This document shows, one piece after another, positions 32,995 to 46,083 of a stretch of DNA of 64,000 nt (its first letter is position 1; the number at the start of each line of letters is the position of its first letter). Origin of the DNA: Selaginella moellendorffii (taxonomy: Eukaryota; Plantae; Lycopodiophyta). Location of the stretch: contig NW_003314269.1 of the NCBI RefSeq assembly GCF_000143415.4, forward strand, positions 1,158,623 to 1,222,622, written 5' to 3'. The notes under the pieces were generated by a model, which was not told where the DNA came from, did no database searches, and worked only from the letters and a program-made list of their open reading frames with translations. The translations under genes were made by a program, and so were the position numbers.

Positions 32995-35425
32995 TTAAAT
33001 ATTCCCTATAAATACTTGAAAAATATTCCCCAGAATCTAATGCATTATGGGGTGTTCATGGCCATGTAAATGACCTCTTACACAGCCATCCAATGCAATC
33101 ATAGCATACCTAACATTCTTTCTTTGTGACTTAGATTTGGATTTCTTGAATTTTTTTGACCATGATCAAGAAAAGCTCAGAGTTTCTCAAATTCATGAAC
33201 TTACATACTATTTGTCATGACTTTCACATTTCAGAAGCTGATTTTTTTCACAAATATTAGAAAACAAAAGTTTACTACATAGGAAGAGGATTACATTGCA
33301 AGTAACTTTCTAGTTAATCATCTAGTAGTTCTTCCAGATCTTGCATTGGCTCCTAGTCTTGACTTCAATGAGGAAGATCATCTTCACCATGGCATCAGGA
33401 AATTATTGGAGTTTTGTTTAAGGCTTATGTCTAAGAGTGTTCCATGTACGACTGTCCATGTATTGCGAATGGAATAGAAGCCTTAGAGTGTCTCCAAATT
33501 TAGTAGACAAATGCTGTTGGGAAGGAGCTCGAAATGCTCTCCTCTCAAGTTCCTGTATAATTTTCTCAAAGATCTTTTGCTTCACTTGCATTGCTGGCTA
33601 TGGCGGCCAATTCCAATCCCTCCTCTCTTTCCAGTGATTACCAAAACGGTGGCATGAATTCCAGCTTACAGTTGATCAGAAACACAATCAAAATGTGTCA
33701 TGGATTCTCAACCAGGCTGATCACCTGGTGCTCATGATCGACAAGGCTGAGCACGAGCCTTGGAGATTTGTGGGTAAGGTTGACAGGTTAGGCAATCTAG
33801 ACATAGAGCAGCAGCTATGGATCAACTACAGATTCATGCAAATGCAATTGATCTTTGGAGTAGAGGGCGAAAGCAATGAACAACTAGAAAATGCTGCTTA
33901 TGGGTAACTGCTGGAGTGCAGAAGATCTGTCCCCCTGGAACCATTTGGCTGCTTTTTCTGAAGGATCACCACCAGCAAGAAAACGGTTTCTACTCCCATC
34001 ATCACAGTGATGTGTTCGTGAGCCGATCTAAATAAGAATTGAGAGCCACATTGACCATGGTGGAGCCGTGGGTGAAGTGGAGGTTGTTGATTCTCGCTGC
34101 TCGCTCATCAATATGGCTGGAAATGAAGGCATGCTTCTTCGTGCATGTTCACACTACCACACTCAATCTAATTGTAAGAGGAGAATTTTCTATTGATTTC
34201 GAAATCTTTATCTCGGTAGGGAAGATGAAGCTATGGAAGTAGGAGACTAGAGTGCTGGCCGTGTGAATGCTCTGCTGGAGTAATAGCTGTTGTTGAAGGT
34301 GTCTGGATGGGGTTGAGGGATGCCACATCCAGTGACCAAGATCCATATCCCCTCCACATTGCAGTTCTATAGCAAAGAGATATTAAGTACAAATTTACGT
34401 GGTCCAATTACATATTGCCACGTGGAAGATAAATATTGTTTGGATAGACAAATAACACACCATATTTAACACTTATCTATCAAAGTAGATTTCTATAACT
34501 CAATCGTGGATAGTTATAGATTTTTTGACATTCACCTTACATATTGTAAGTAGTTTCTTATCATATTTGTTTAAAAAAGAAATATGGAATAAAATATAAA
34601 CCAAAGGAAGGACCAGATGCCAATGATATGAGAATGGTCATGCATAGATTCAAGTGAACTCATTATTAAATCTATATAAAAATAATTGATATTATTTACT
34701 AAAAGATAGGATGAAGAAAATGTTAATTTTTTTATCATTTGTATTAAGCTGGAAAAATATAAAAATATTTAAAAAGAAAAAGTAAAATCTAAAACTAAAT
34801 ACATCACTCTTATTAATTTAGCTAATATTTAAAGTAAATGTACTTATAATAGAATAGTACTTATTTATAATATACATATGAATATTAATTTGATATTTAA
34901 ATAAAAGGATTATATAATAAGTGAAAAATATTATACTAAGTGAATTTGACTTAAGAAAAACAATAAAATGCATTGCAGTAATTATGACATCATATGATAA
35001 GGTAATAGAAGAGAACATAGCCACACTTCTAAAAGAAATGATTGAGTTTAATGTTAAGTTGAATTTTTGAAAAAATTATAATTTTATTTTATACTAGAAA
35101 ATATCATTCAAAACATAATATCTCATTTTGAAATTACTTAATAGTTAATTCATAAAGCCTTAGCTATTTTGTATAAAAATGTTTTTTCACATTCTTTTAA
35201 AAGAATAAAATTATAGCTAACAAATTTTTACAATATATAAGTGTTTAAGATCCACTCAAATGCATAATTACATTTAAAAAATAACCTTATGACATTTTGA
35301 AATTATTTTATTTTATCTTAGATGAAATATTCATTGTTGTGTTTGTATCGCTACTGTGTGGTATTAGTTTCTCAAAATAATCCAAGTAATTTCTCTTTTG
35401 TAAAAGCAATAATTCATTTTTGATT

Positions 35426-36107
35426 CCATGATCACATGCGCTACACTCACCCCCCCCTTCAGAGATGTCAATGTCCTCATTGATTATTGACTAGCAACCC
35501 CTACTAAGCCAAGAGGAACTAGCATCTTCATTTCCGCACTCAATCTACCAATCCTTCCATTGTGTAAATTAGCTATTCCATGTGAGGTAACTAGTTATCC
35601 ACCCGTACCACAGTCCCACAGTGAATACCTTCATCTGTGGATACTCCACACAAGAGGAAGGATGTACGCATGGATGTCCAATACGTACAATTTCAAATTT
35701 TAGGGGTAGGAATATACCTTACTCAAGGGTCACTGTGCCACAGTGGATACCTTCATCTGTGGATATTCCACAAGAGGAAGGATGTACGCATGGATGTCCA
35801 ATACATACGATTTCAAAATGTCCAATACGTACGATTTCAAATTTTAGGGGTAGGAATATACCTTGCTCAAGGGTATATTATATTTTTTTAAGTAGCCACT
35901 AATCAATGGAAATCAAACCTGTGCCATTTGCTTCGATACCAACTATAGCGCACCTTTTATCTCTCTCCCCTTAAACCAACTGGAAAAAGGGCAATTGCTT
36001 GATGAGAGAGCCCTTAGTGGCTATTTTATCCCCATTTATCCCCTAAGGTTCCAAGGATCCATGGTGATAGTATATCCAAATCTCATCCCATGATCACATG
36101 CGCTACA
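35426..36107 (-). mobile_element. Second TRIM-like non-autonomous LTR element (3' LTR truncated)
   Basis: 164-bp LTR 35944-36107 (TGTAGCGC...GCGCTATA on minus), PBS TGGTATCGAAGC (35930-35941), PPT GAAGGGGGGGGTGAG (35446-35460), then the first 20 bp of the LTR again (35426-35445). Internal ~120-bp tandem duplication. Confidence 0.8.
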
Positions 36108-36255
36108 TAAATTAAGGAAAAAAGATCTTTATAGTGCATGTGTGTTTGATATTTTATATTTTTTTATAAAAAATAAAATACAATATAATGTGTATATTTT
36201 ATTATTTAATTTCCTACTTGACTCAATATATAGCTTCAATAGCACTTGAATTTAC

Positions 36256-36506
36256 TTTTAATATATAACCAATTTAAAATAAGAACATAAAAAATAGAAT
36301 CACGAAGATGTGGATTTCAAGTTTAGTAAATAAATAAGTGGCAAATAATCTAGGTCATAGCTGTTTAGCAAGGCACTAGTGGATCCTTTCAAAATTTGAA
36401 GTCCATTTTTGATAATTTTGAAATCAATTTATTTACTAAACTTGAAATCCACATCTTCGTGATTCTATTTTTCATATTCTCATTTTAAATTGGTTATATA
36501 TTAAAA
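36256..36506. repeat. Foldback/MITE-like inverted repeat (80-bp arms, ~91-bp spacer)
   Basis: 36256-36335 is a near-perfect reverse complement of 36427-36506. Confidence 0.85.
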
Positions 36507-36754
36507 TAATAAAATAAAAAATAAAAACTTTACATGATAAACCACCCAGTTCATTAATTGAAATTAATTTTATTGAAGACTGGATCCCGATCATGGACCA
36601 TGTATGGCAAGTGCTCCAGCCGTCTTCCATGCTATCATTCCCAACACGCCCTAGAAATCGTCCAAGAAATGATCGCTGTAGAGGCTTCCCGATACAATGT
36701 AGCTCGCAGACGATTCATTGAGAAGGACGTGATCTCTTTTGAAAAAACCAGCGT

Positions 36755-38437
36755 AATGAGCTCTCGAGAAATCTTCCGCAGGAGAGAGAGGATGTTGTCA
36801 CAAGCAATCTTCTCCCTTGAAGCAAGCAGCCAGCAAACTCGTCCAAGTGACCATTGTGGCTTCGAACGGCATAGCTTCCACCATCTCCAGAGCTTCCTCG
36901 TGCTGCTTTGGTCGTCCAGCGTGTAGTGGTAGTGCTCAATGCCCGGATCTATAGACGTCATCTCCTAGAAAAACTTCTTGCCTTGCTCGATCATCCCAGC
37001 CCGGCTGCAAGTCGCGAGCACCGAGACATAAGTTACACCGTCCGGCTTGACACCCTCGTCACACATCTTCTCAAAGAGCTGGATCACTCGATCGTTGTCT
37101 CCCTGGCGGCTGTAGCCCGCGATAAGTGAGCTCCAACTCACAGCATCCTTCCTCGAGACCGAGTTGAAAACCAGCTCCGCTTCGTCCATGCTCCCACATC
37201 TGCTGTAGAAATCTACCAACGAAGAGATCACGGCTCCCTGGAACTGGAACCCCAAGCTCGTGATCTCTTCGTGAAGTATCCGGCCAAGCCTCAAGGCTAC
37301 TGAGCTTCCACAAGCTTTGAGCACGCAAACGAGCGTCCACACGTCTGGAGAACATCCCTCGAGCTGCATTAGCAAGAAAAAATGTAGCGCTGTTTCGGCC
37401 TGGCTGTTTTCAACGTACCCGAGCATCAATGCCGTCCAGCAGACTTGATTTGGCTGGAAAATGGTGCTAAACACTCCAAGAGCATCGCCCATGCTGCCAC
37501 AAGCCGCGTACATTTGGATCAAGCAGCTGTGAAGAAAGATATCCAAGCGATGGTTAGTAATTCGCAAGGCTTGCGCGTGAAAAGCCATACCTCTTTCCAG
37601 AGACTTCAGCTTGAGTATCCTTCCATGGATAGTTTCTTCTCCTCGTTCCCTCTTTGCTAAAGAAGTGATGGCCTGGAACACCGCAACAAAGGTTCTGGCA
37701 TTTGCTCCACCGCTTTCTCGTTGCATTTCCACGAAGAGCTCAAGCACCACCTCGCTCTGCCCATTCTCTACAAAACCCTGCATCAAAGAAGTCCATAGAA
37801 CTACGTCACGCTTTGGAGCTCCATGAAAAACCTTCCACGCATCCACCACGCTTCCACACCGAGCATACATTTCCACCAGGCTGCTAGCTACCAAAGCGTT
37901 TGTGTCGATTCCCCTTGCAGTGGCAAGGGAGTGAAGAGCCATTCCTCTGTCAAGAGAAGAAAACTTCACGACGAGCTCTAGATCTTCTAAAACCTTCCCA
38001 TTCTCCTTCTCTGTGAGGCTCGCGCAGGCCTTGAGCAAACCAATAAACGTGACAGAATTCCCTTGCAAGCCCCGCGATTCCATGTCCAGGAAGAGCTGGA
38101 GCGCAACCCCGCCGTGCCCATTCACGGCATAGCCCAGAATGAGAGAATTCCACGCGACGAGGTCGGGGCAATTCATCCGGTCGAAAGCCCTGCGCGCCTC
38201 GTCCATGCAGCCGCACTTGCCATAGAGATTCACCAGGCTGCTCGCCACGAACGCATTGGAATCGAGGCCGCAGCACTCCGCCTCGGCGTGGATTTGCTTA
38301 CCCCAATCCAGATCCCGGGATCGCGAGCATTCCTTGAGCGACGCAAGGAATCTCCTCACCTCGCAATCGCTGGAGTGGGCGCGGTCAAGCTTGGAACGGA
38401 AAGATCGAGGTCGGGAAGTGGAAGAACTAGGACTCAT
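36755..38437 (-). pseudogene. PPR-B copy 4, C-terminally truncated
   Basis: Open to a TAG at 36965 (GKKFF*). Downstream deletions are shared with copy 3. Confidence 0.85.
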
Positions 38438-38561
38438 TTGATTCTTTATATTAAACGGAACATGTCTAATAAAATATTCGCGGTCCGTACTAGATTTTGA
38501 TTTGATTGCATTTTTTGTTACCATATAAAAGGCCCTTTAGGATTCACACAATCAGGGTTTA

Positions 38562-39251
38562 ATGGCAGTGATCGAGAGCGTCGACAAGAAGGCTAGCGCT
38601 GTGGCAGCGATGGATGCAATCAAGAAGGGAAAGAAGAGGCAGCGAGACAAGGACGGACAAGCTGATACCAAGACTAGTGTTCCAAAAAGAAGGCGTGAGC
38701 TTCAGGAGGAGCCTCCCATGGTCCCCAAGAAAAATTCGAGCAGCAAGGTAACATACAAGATTGATGGGTTAGTTATCACTTCCCACAGTGACTTTTATGA
38801 TTTCTGGCCGCGATCGGCATCCAAGCTACTGGCACCAGACTTCCTCCACTGTGCTAGAGCTCAAGAGCTTCACAGCCTGCTCACCCAAGAGCTCTGCAGT
38901 AGAGACCGTGATGATTGTGCCCCGAGGAACGCCCAGCTCTTGGTGGTGATTGGCGGGACGAGATGCCACATGATGAGGCGACTCGAGGACTTGTGCCACT
39001 CGACTAGATGTGCTGGAGACAAGATCTGGTATGGAGTCCAGATTAAGGAAGGTGGAAGCTTGTGCACGCTGTTCAAGTATATGTTTGATGGGAGGAGCGC
39101 AAGCATGAGCCGGGACATGTCCAAGGAAATCCATGCCAAGGATTGCAGAAACAAGACAAACAACATGATTCAAGAGATCCTCTCCCATGTCTCTGGGAAC
39201 AAGAGTAACAGTTACTTCTCTCCAATCCGTGTGGAGAGCGTCCACCATTGA
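38562..39251 (+). CDS. Orphan ORF-X, copy 4 (229 aa)
   Basis: ATG start, upstream TATA, intact frame; two residues differ from copy 3. Confidence 0.7.
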   Translation: MAVIESVDKKASAVAAMDAIKKGKKRQRDKDGQADTKTSVPKRRRELQEEPPMVPKKNSSSKVTYKIDGLVITSHSDFYDFWPRSASKLLAPDFLHCARAQELHSLLTQELCSRDRDDCAPRNAQLLVVIGGTRCHMMRRLEDLCHSTRCAGDKIWYGVQIKEGGSLCTLFKYMFDGRSASMSRDMSKEIHAKDCRNKTNNMIQEILSHVSGNKSNSYFSPIRVESVHH

Positions 39252-39510
39252 CTGTAAGAATCACTCCTGTGATCAAAACCTTAGAACAATTGTGTTATAT
39301 TTTCGTCTATCCCTGTCGATTGACACTGGTTTTGTAATCTTGTCTGCCGATTCTACAACCGTGACTCCCACCCACAGCTTTCAGTCTCGTGACTTGTTTT
39401 TACCTTAAACACACAGATTATTCATGTTATTCGATATTTCAATGGAAAAGAGACCAGGCACTGCGGTTTCCTGGAGGAAAATGCGCGTTAATGCTTCTTA
39501 ATATTGTAAT

Positions 39511-39582
39511 GGGCATTTGGTCTAGTGGTATGATTCTCGCTTTGGGTGTGAGAGGTCGCGAGTTCGATTCTCGCAATGCCCC
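39511..39582 (+). tRNA. tRNA-Pro(UGG)
   Basis: GGGCATT/AATGCCC acceptor stem, TGGTCTAGTGG A box, CTCGC-TT-TGG-GT-GTGAG anticodon arm, GCGAG-TTCGATT-CTCGC T arm. Confidence 0.93.
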
Positions 39583-39732
39583 CCCATTTAATTTGATTTA
39601 ATTCCATTTAATTTGACTTAATTCCATTTGTGGTACAATTTATTCAAATCATGTTCAGATTAGAAATGCGAAATTGATTATTCAATTTTACAGTCAGAAA
39701 GGAAACAAACGAAAGAAAACAAAGAATTACTG

Positions 39733-42700
39733 TCACGCTTGCACTGCCCGTGACGATGAAACGGCAAACTTCCGGGTGGAGCTTGGATCTGTGAACGAGG
39801 CCTTCTTTCCGTCCGGGTCGAGCATCATCGGCCCCGAAAACCTCTCGTTCTTCCTGGGAGCGTTGCTGGATCCTCCTCCTCCTCCTGCTTCTGTAGAGAT
39901 CGAGAACGCCCTCGAGGTAGTAGCAGTAACCGTGGTGCGCGGATATGGTGGAAGAATGCCCTCGGCTACGTGGGATTCCGGGACGACCTGGCCGTTTCTC
40001 ACGTTGAAAGACGAGCCGTGCCTCCTTGACTGGGTCATCAGCGTCGGGACCGAGTTCTCGTAGTATGACTGGTAGATGGAGCGCATCATCGAGCGCGGAA
40101 TGCAAGCCTCGAGAGTGCTCCTCGGAAGATAGTTTGAAAGATCACAGAGCTGGTCCAAGAATATCAGCTTTGCTACGAGGCCGCCCCTGAAAGGAGTACA
40201 AAACAAAACAGTGAGATTGCCAGAGCAACAAAGAAGAAAAACCTGGCTCCATCAGATGACAAATCCAATGCGGTCACCGCAGCGCCTTGCAGGAATGTTT
40301 TCATCATCGCCTTGATTGACATCTCGATGTTCTCCAGAATCCGCGAGTCCGAGTCCTCAATCTTTCGCTCGGGATGCTGCTGAGCAATCATCCTTCTCTG
40401 GAGCTCTCTGCGCTCGAAGCGGACCAGCTCGCTCGCAGCCACAACAGCATGTATGCACCTGACGTCGCAAGCCAACAGCGTAGATCAGAACAAGCGAGAG
40501 GAAAAATCGCGACGTACCTCGCTAAGCAGTGAACGTTATTGTTAAAGCCTCCGGCATGGATGTCAAAGCTACTGTCGTCCCAGACACTGGACGTCATGAG
40601 AGCAACGTACAAGTATGGAACGAGTGCCCAGGTAGAATCGCCAGCTCCTCCCAAGTTCAAGAGAATGGACTGGACGACCTTTGAGTCCTGGTCTTTGCTT
40701 GCTCCAAACTGGCACGCTAGCATCTTCACCTTTGAGACTGCTGGCTTCTCCGGAAAAGATGGCGGTGCGTGCCTTGCAAAGTCCGAGACGAGTGAAGCCA
40801 GCAAAGGTGCGCTTGATTCGAGGACTTGCGAGGCCGCTTCGGCGAGGAGGCATCGGAAGCTCAAGATATGGCCGGCTTGGAGCGAGAAGTTCATGAGCGT
40901 CTCAAGCTCGGTCATGCTCTTCAGCGCAGCGTCTCGGTCCCTTTTGCTGTGGAGACTGGTCGCAAGGTTCTCCAGAGCCTCTTTATTGGAGCGTAAGGTG
41001 ATGTCGATGCAGTTTAATAGCACCGCGAGCTGTTCCCTGAGATCGTTGTCCAGCTTATCAGCTCCATAAGGCCCGAAAATTCGAACGAATGCTTTGAGCT
41101 CCGTCACGTCCGCTACCATGTGTGCTGCTGTTTTACCCACGGGCCTCGCACTCCTGAAGCTTTTCTCCGATGGTGTGAATATAACTCCCACATTATTGAC
41201 ATCCTTGATGATGTTCTCAATGTACCAGTCGCAGATAGTCGATGCTGCTGAGCCACCGACTTTAGCATCAGGCACGTAGTTCGGAATGAAGGTCTGCGGA
41301 TGTCCCGAGATCGCCTCCTTGAGCAGGACTTCCCGAACGGATTGAGTTAAGTCCATGCCAACGTGCTGCTCAATTATATGGATTATAGTCATGTGGCGCT
41401 GGATGGAAGCTTCAATTACTGACGGCCGTTGCAAGTCTTTTTCAATGAGTGGAATCTTTAGCAATTGGGAGCGAAAGTTGCCGAGTATCCGGTCCCTCAT
41501 GTACTGCAATAAAAGGTTACAAGATCATGCCATTACTTTTTATTTTCAAGCCTTCTTTACCTCTCTAGGAACAAATACATGATTGACGACACGGACAGGC
41601 TCCATCTCGTTTATCACGGAACAAAACGTAGTCAACCTTTGAACGGCTGCGTCGATCCTGCAGATTTTAACAATAGATTCAGCAAGAAGCGTTTGTAATA
41701 ACACGGAAACACCCACAGTTTCATCGACTCCTTATTGGAAGGCTTGCTTTCAAAACCAGGTAAATCAAGGCTCACTCTTACCGACTTGTTGGAAGAAAAT
41801 CCAGCTCTTGCTACCTGGTTCAAGCGCGAAGCTGCTTGCTCAGGAAGAAGCTGTAAGACAAAATGTGTTTTATTTTACAATCCTCTAGAAGCGATAGAAA
41901 CATACCTGCTGATCAAGGCGTCCGAATCCTTCTTCTGAGTCGAGAAGGTTGATAAGTCCTTCGAATCCTTTCATTATGTAGTTAAGGAGCGTTTCGGCGT
42001 ATGAAATCGCATCCTCCGCAAGCTTTGCAGGCTGCAACAATAAAGCTGTTAGAGAATAGAAACATTGCTGATCTGTTTCACTTCATCGGCCACACTATAG
42101 TGGGCATTTTCCGGGAAGGTGCTCGCGATGCTCAACCAGGCGCAGCAGTTATGAGGTCGTCCTTCAGGCCCATACATAGTATGACGAAACACCTGCAGAA
42201 AATATACGAGTCACGGATATAAGTCATACTCAAGCTCACCATGTTGAGATGTTCTCTGTAAAAACATAAAGTTTTCAGGGATCCGTGTTGAGATAGCACC
42301 TTTTGCATATCATCCACACTCCTACAAGACGAACGGGACGTCAGCAAATCAGAACTTAAAATTCAAACAGCTACCTGGACCACACGTAAGCCATGTTTCC
42401 TTCGGTTATTATGCTATCTTTTCCAGTTGAGATTGTGGCCTTCTCCAAGTGCCTAAAATTTATTGAAGATCGCGACGATGAAACTGTCATTATAATCCTT
42501 AGCCAGTCTTGGCGAAATACCTGTAGTAAAAAAGTTTGAAATCACGAGACTTTTCACACATTAACAAACCTACAGATAGATCAAAGTTGCTGTGCCTGAG
42601 CTTCTCAGTTTGTAGTTTAGGCAGTGTCTCCAACCGTTCCATAACAGCGAGAAAACTGTTACGCAAGTCACTTTCAAAATCTAGAGCAACAGCACCAGGG

Positions 42701-45057
42701 CTTTCAAAAAGTAATCGCATCCTTTGTGCTATGCCGGTGAGATGTCCCAGCGAAAATGCTCTTATGGCTGTCAAAACACATTTTTTTTCTTTCATGCAAG
42801 TAAAGACATTAACGACGAACCTGAGGCGTACTTCCGAATAAGCACAATAAGCTTGTCCATACTTTTTAAAAGATAGCCTATTGTATGATCAGAAGGATCA
42901 ACAGTAACGGGCATAACACGATTTCCTTTGGCCCTTCCGACTACGAGGCCCGCGTGACTAAAATACCAAAGTGCTTCTGCTCGAGCCACAGCTAATGCAG
43001 CATACGCCATCTTCGAAGTACAACTGGTATCAGATCATGTTTACAGAAACTAAAATACAAACTAAAACAGCGTACCTGGACATTTGGAGCAAGTAGACTT
43101 GGCTGGTCCGTAAAAAACACGATCATTCTCCTAAGTTCAAGTTTCAAAGTTACTCGATGCTCTCTGTGAATGCCATCTGATTGAAGGATGGCCACGTCGT
43201 GCGCATCACTTGAGATACGCATCTGGGTAAGTGTCATGCTTTGATACACAAACATACTCACATGATTGTTTTTTCGACTTGTTTAGCAAGGTTGTACTCC
43301 ATGTCCGCGTCCTTTTGTTTCACACGACCAACTTTTGCAAGTTTTCTTGATTCTGATATCTTGGGTAAAACGGAATGCTGGTATTCCTCATGTAGAGATA
43401 GGTACTGCGTTCAGACCGATAGTGAAGTAAGACCAAAATATAACAAAATTGTATTTTACCTCATCTCGAAACAATGGAAGCACTAGCGTATTTTTAAGGA
43501 CTGCCTGCATTATTAGAAATTATTTAAAATCGTGTAAACTGTGCTCTAACCAAGATGTCATTTTACCATCACAATGTCGATTGCACCTATTCGTAAAAGT
43601 TCGCTGGGGCAAACTAAGTATCCTAAAAGCACCCACTCACGATAAGAATAAATGTTGGCCAGCTCCTGTGCCCTCTGTATTGTCCCGAACGAATAAAACT
43701 TAAGAGAGTACACTTGCATTTGTCACAAGCTTACCGCTGGATGAGCCGAGTTTGTAAGCTTTTCTGGATAGCGAGGATGATAAGGACTGAGAAAACCTTC
43801 ACTTCTAATGCGCTCAAAATCAGATCCAAGATATATCGTCGGACCAATTGCATCCAGTATCTGCGACTTTAGTGGTTAAGAGACAAGCCAATGAGAGTAT
43901 AATTTAATGCTATACCTCTCCCACCCTATGGCTCACAAAATTCAAATCTTCGTGCAAACCTTTCAGTGGGGGGTCGAACGAGTCGACAAACTGAACGAGT
44001 CTGCAGATCAACGTTGTTTGTAATAGTTAAGATTTGTGTAAACATACCTGTGGTAAAACTCGTAGTCTCTCCCGCTTTTTAAGATTGTGTGTGTTAGATT
44101 GTATAGCTGGAGTAGCATTTTCCTTGGAATCTAATTGGCAAGTAGCGATAGTTTAAAACTACAAATGAACAATTCGAGACGCTACCTTGTCGGCATACAA
44201 GTTGACTTTGACGAAAGCACAAAAAAGGTTCATAAAAGCATGTAGAACTATTGGATTCTGGTGTGGCTGGAACAGCCAAGAAAAGTTTCTAAGCACGATG
44301 AAACAAGGATTTACAATTTGTGCATACCATAAGCGTGACAACGGTGCTGCTCATGTCAAGGATCACCCGCAGCGCTTGCTCACGAAATGTCATCAAGTCA
44401 AGCAGTACCTGCGAAATAGAGACTTTACCGTACAGGCCGAAAAACAATTGTAAACTCTTACCAGCAACCACGGCTCCAGCGCCGTAAGATAGCTCTCAGC
44501 ATTGTCTCGAAGCAAGTCTAATCCCGGCTTATCGACCTGACTAACTCACAGAAAACACATTGAGAATCACGCAAAACAAAGAAGAAAAGATCATTCACCT
44601 TCTCGGGTAGAAGCTTCACGGGGTGCTCTGGAAACTTTCGGAGGAGATGTGTGCAAAGCTTGGGAGCATTTGGGAAGAGCCCGGACTGCCAGAACGCATC
44701 CGAGAACTGCTGGTTGCCATTGTCGTTGAGCTCCAGGATTTCGCGAAGCCGATAGATTTTGGTCATGAGACCCTCGGCAACGTCTTGGAGCTGGAAAACC
44801 CATTCAATCTGCCGAAACTTTTGAGCGTTCACTGCGCTGGAGCCTTTGGCACCGTAGCCACGCCCTGCTGCCGGAGAGCTCGACATTGCTTTCTTCCAGT
44901 GTGGAGAGGACGTCGATGGCGACGCGGCTGCGCTGCTCGACTCGTTGTTCTTCACATCGTCCCAGTCGCTGCCGTGTTTGTCCGGGGAGTTGATTCGAAT
45001 GTCTGGCCTCGAGAAGCCCTGGAGCTTCTTTTCGAGCAATTGACTCTCCGTCCCCAT
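39733..45057 (-). CDS. NAP1: NAP1 / Nck-associated protein 1 (SCAR/WAVE complex subunit), multi-exon
   Basis: Motifs QLQDVAEGLMTKIYRL, FTDQPSLLAPNVQ, QHGSLKTLCFY, ELKAFVRIFGPYG, GGFNNNVHCLARC, YLPRSTLEACIP. Confidence 0.92.
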
Positions 45058-45752
45058 CTCCCTCCCTCCTGGAAAGAAACCAAGAACTCCGCTTTAGTCG
45101 AGACACACGAAATTTCTCAAGAACACCGGGCTCTAGAAACGCGCGGCGCCATAGAAACGCACAGATTTCGGAGAGCGCCATACCTGGATTGGAATGCCGG
45201 CGCGGTCGGCCGCGCTCCAGATCCAGGCCTCGCTCGCCTAGGGCATCCAGAAATCCCCGGGCGCGTATTTCACCTGTGATCCCTTCCCCGTCGCAGCTAC
45301 GAGAGATCCCGTCGAAGGAGTGGCAACGATGGCGATGGAAGAGAGACGACGCGCGCTACGGTGGAATCTCGCCCCACGGCCCAGCTAGAATAGCCAGGCT
45401 TTCGGCCACAGCGATATAGCTTATACCTCCTCTACACATTCACAGTTGTGCACAGTGTTTTTCCTGGCCCAATTCACAGTACGATGATGGTCACCCGTGG
45501 CCGTACATATGGCCACGCAAAGAATGAGCCCACAACGGAATCACGGCAGTAACAGTGGTAACTAAATCATACTTACCCCGCCATCATGGTAACTTGCATT
45601 ACATTTCAAGGATAGAAAGTAGCTGGGCAGGCATCGGACGGTCGAGATTCCACCAGTACGGACGGCCTGGATAAGACGAAAATAGAATATACCCTATTTT
45701 GACCCGTGCAGATTCTTTTGGAAGAACCCTAGGATTGATTGGAGCGAGCGCG

Positions 45753-46083
45753 ATGGCGGGCGTAGCGGCGGTGGCGAGAGCGGCGACCAGGACGATCGCG
45801 CAGTCCTCGCAGCTAGCTTGTAAGTGACTCGCATTCTCTCGCGATCGATTAGGGCTTTCTTTTTCTCCTCTTTCTTGTTCTTCCAGCGACGAGGAGCTTC
45901 CAGACGGGCGCGCCGAGGCAGTGCTACTACGATTACGAGCACCGGGAGCATATGTATGAGATCTGGAACATGAAGAACCGGAACCTCAAATTTGGGCTGC
46001 TGGTGTGGGGCGGGATCGTCGGGCTGGGGATCGCGATTCCGATCTATGTCGTCAGGTTCCAAATGAAGAAGGCGCAGGCTTAG
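45753..46083 (+). CDS. Small mitochondrial single-TM protein (87 aa), COX-X3/COX7c-like
   Basis: Exons 45753-45819 and 45887-46083 give MAGVAAVARAATRTIAQSSQLASTRSFQTGAPRQCYYDYEHREHMYEIWNMKNRNLKFGLLVWGGIVGLGIAIPIYVVRFQMKKAQA. Presequence-like N-terminus, HMY motif, TM ending IP..V.FQ..K. Confidence 0.8.

Noticed and set aside
33300-34350. Coding-like segment with short ORFs
   Set aside because: There are multiple stops in all frames and no motif I can assign; possibly a gene fragment.
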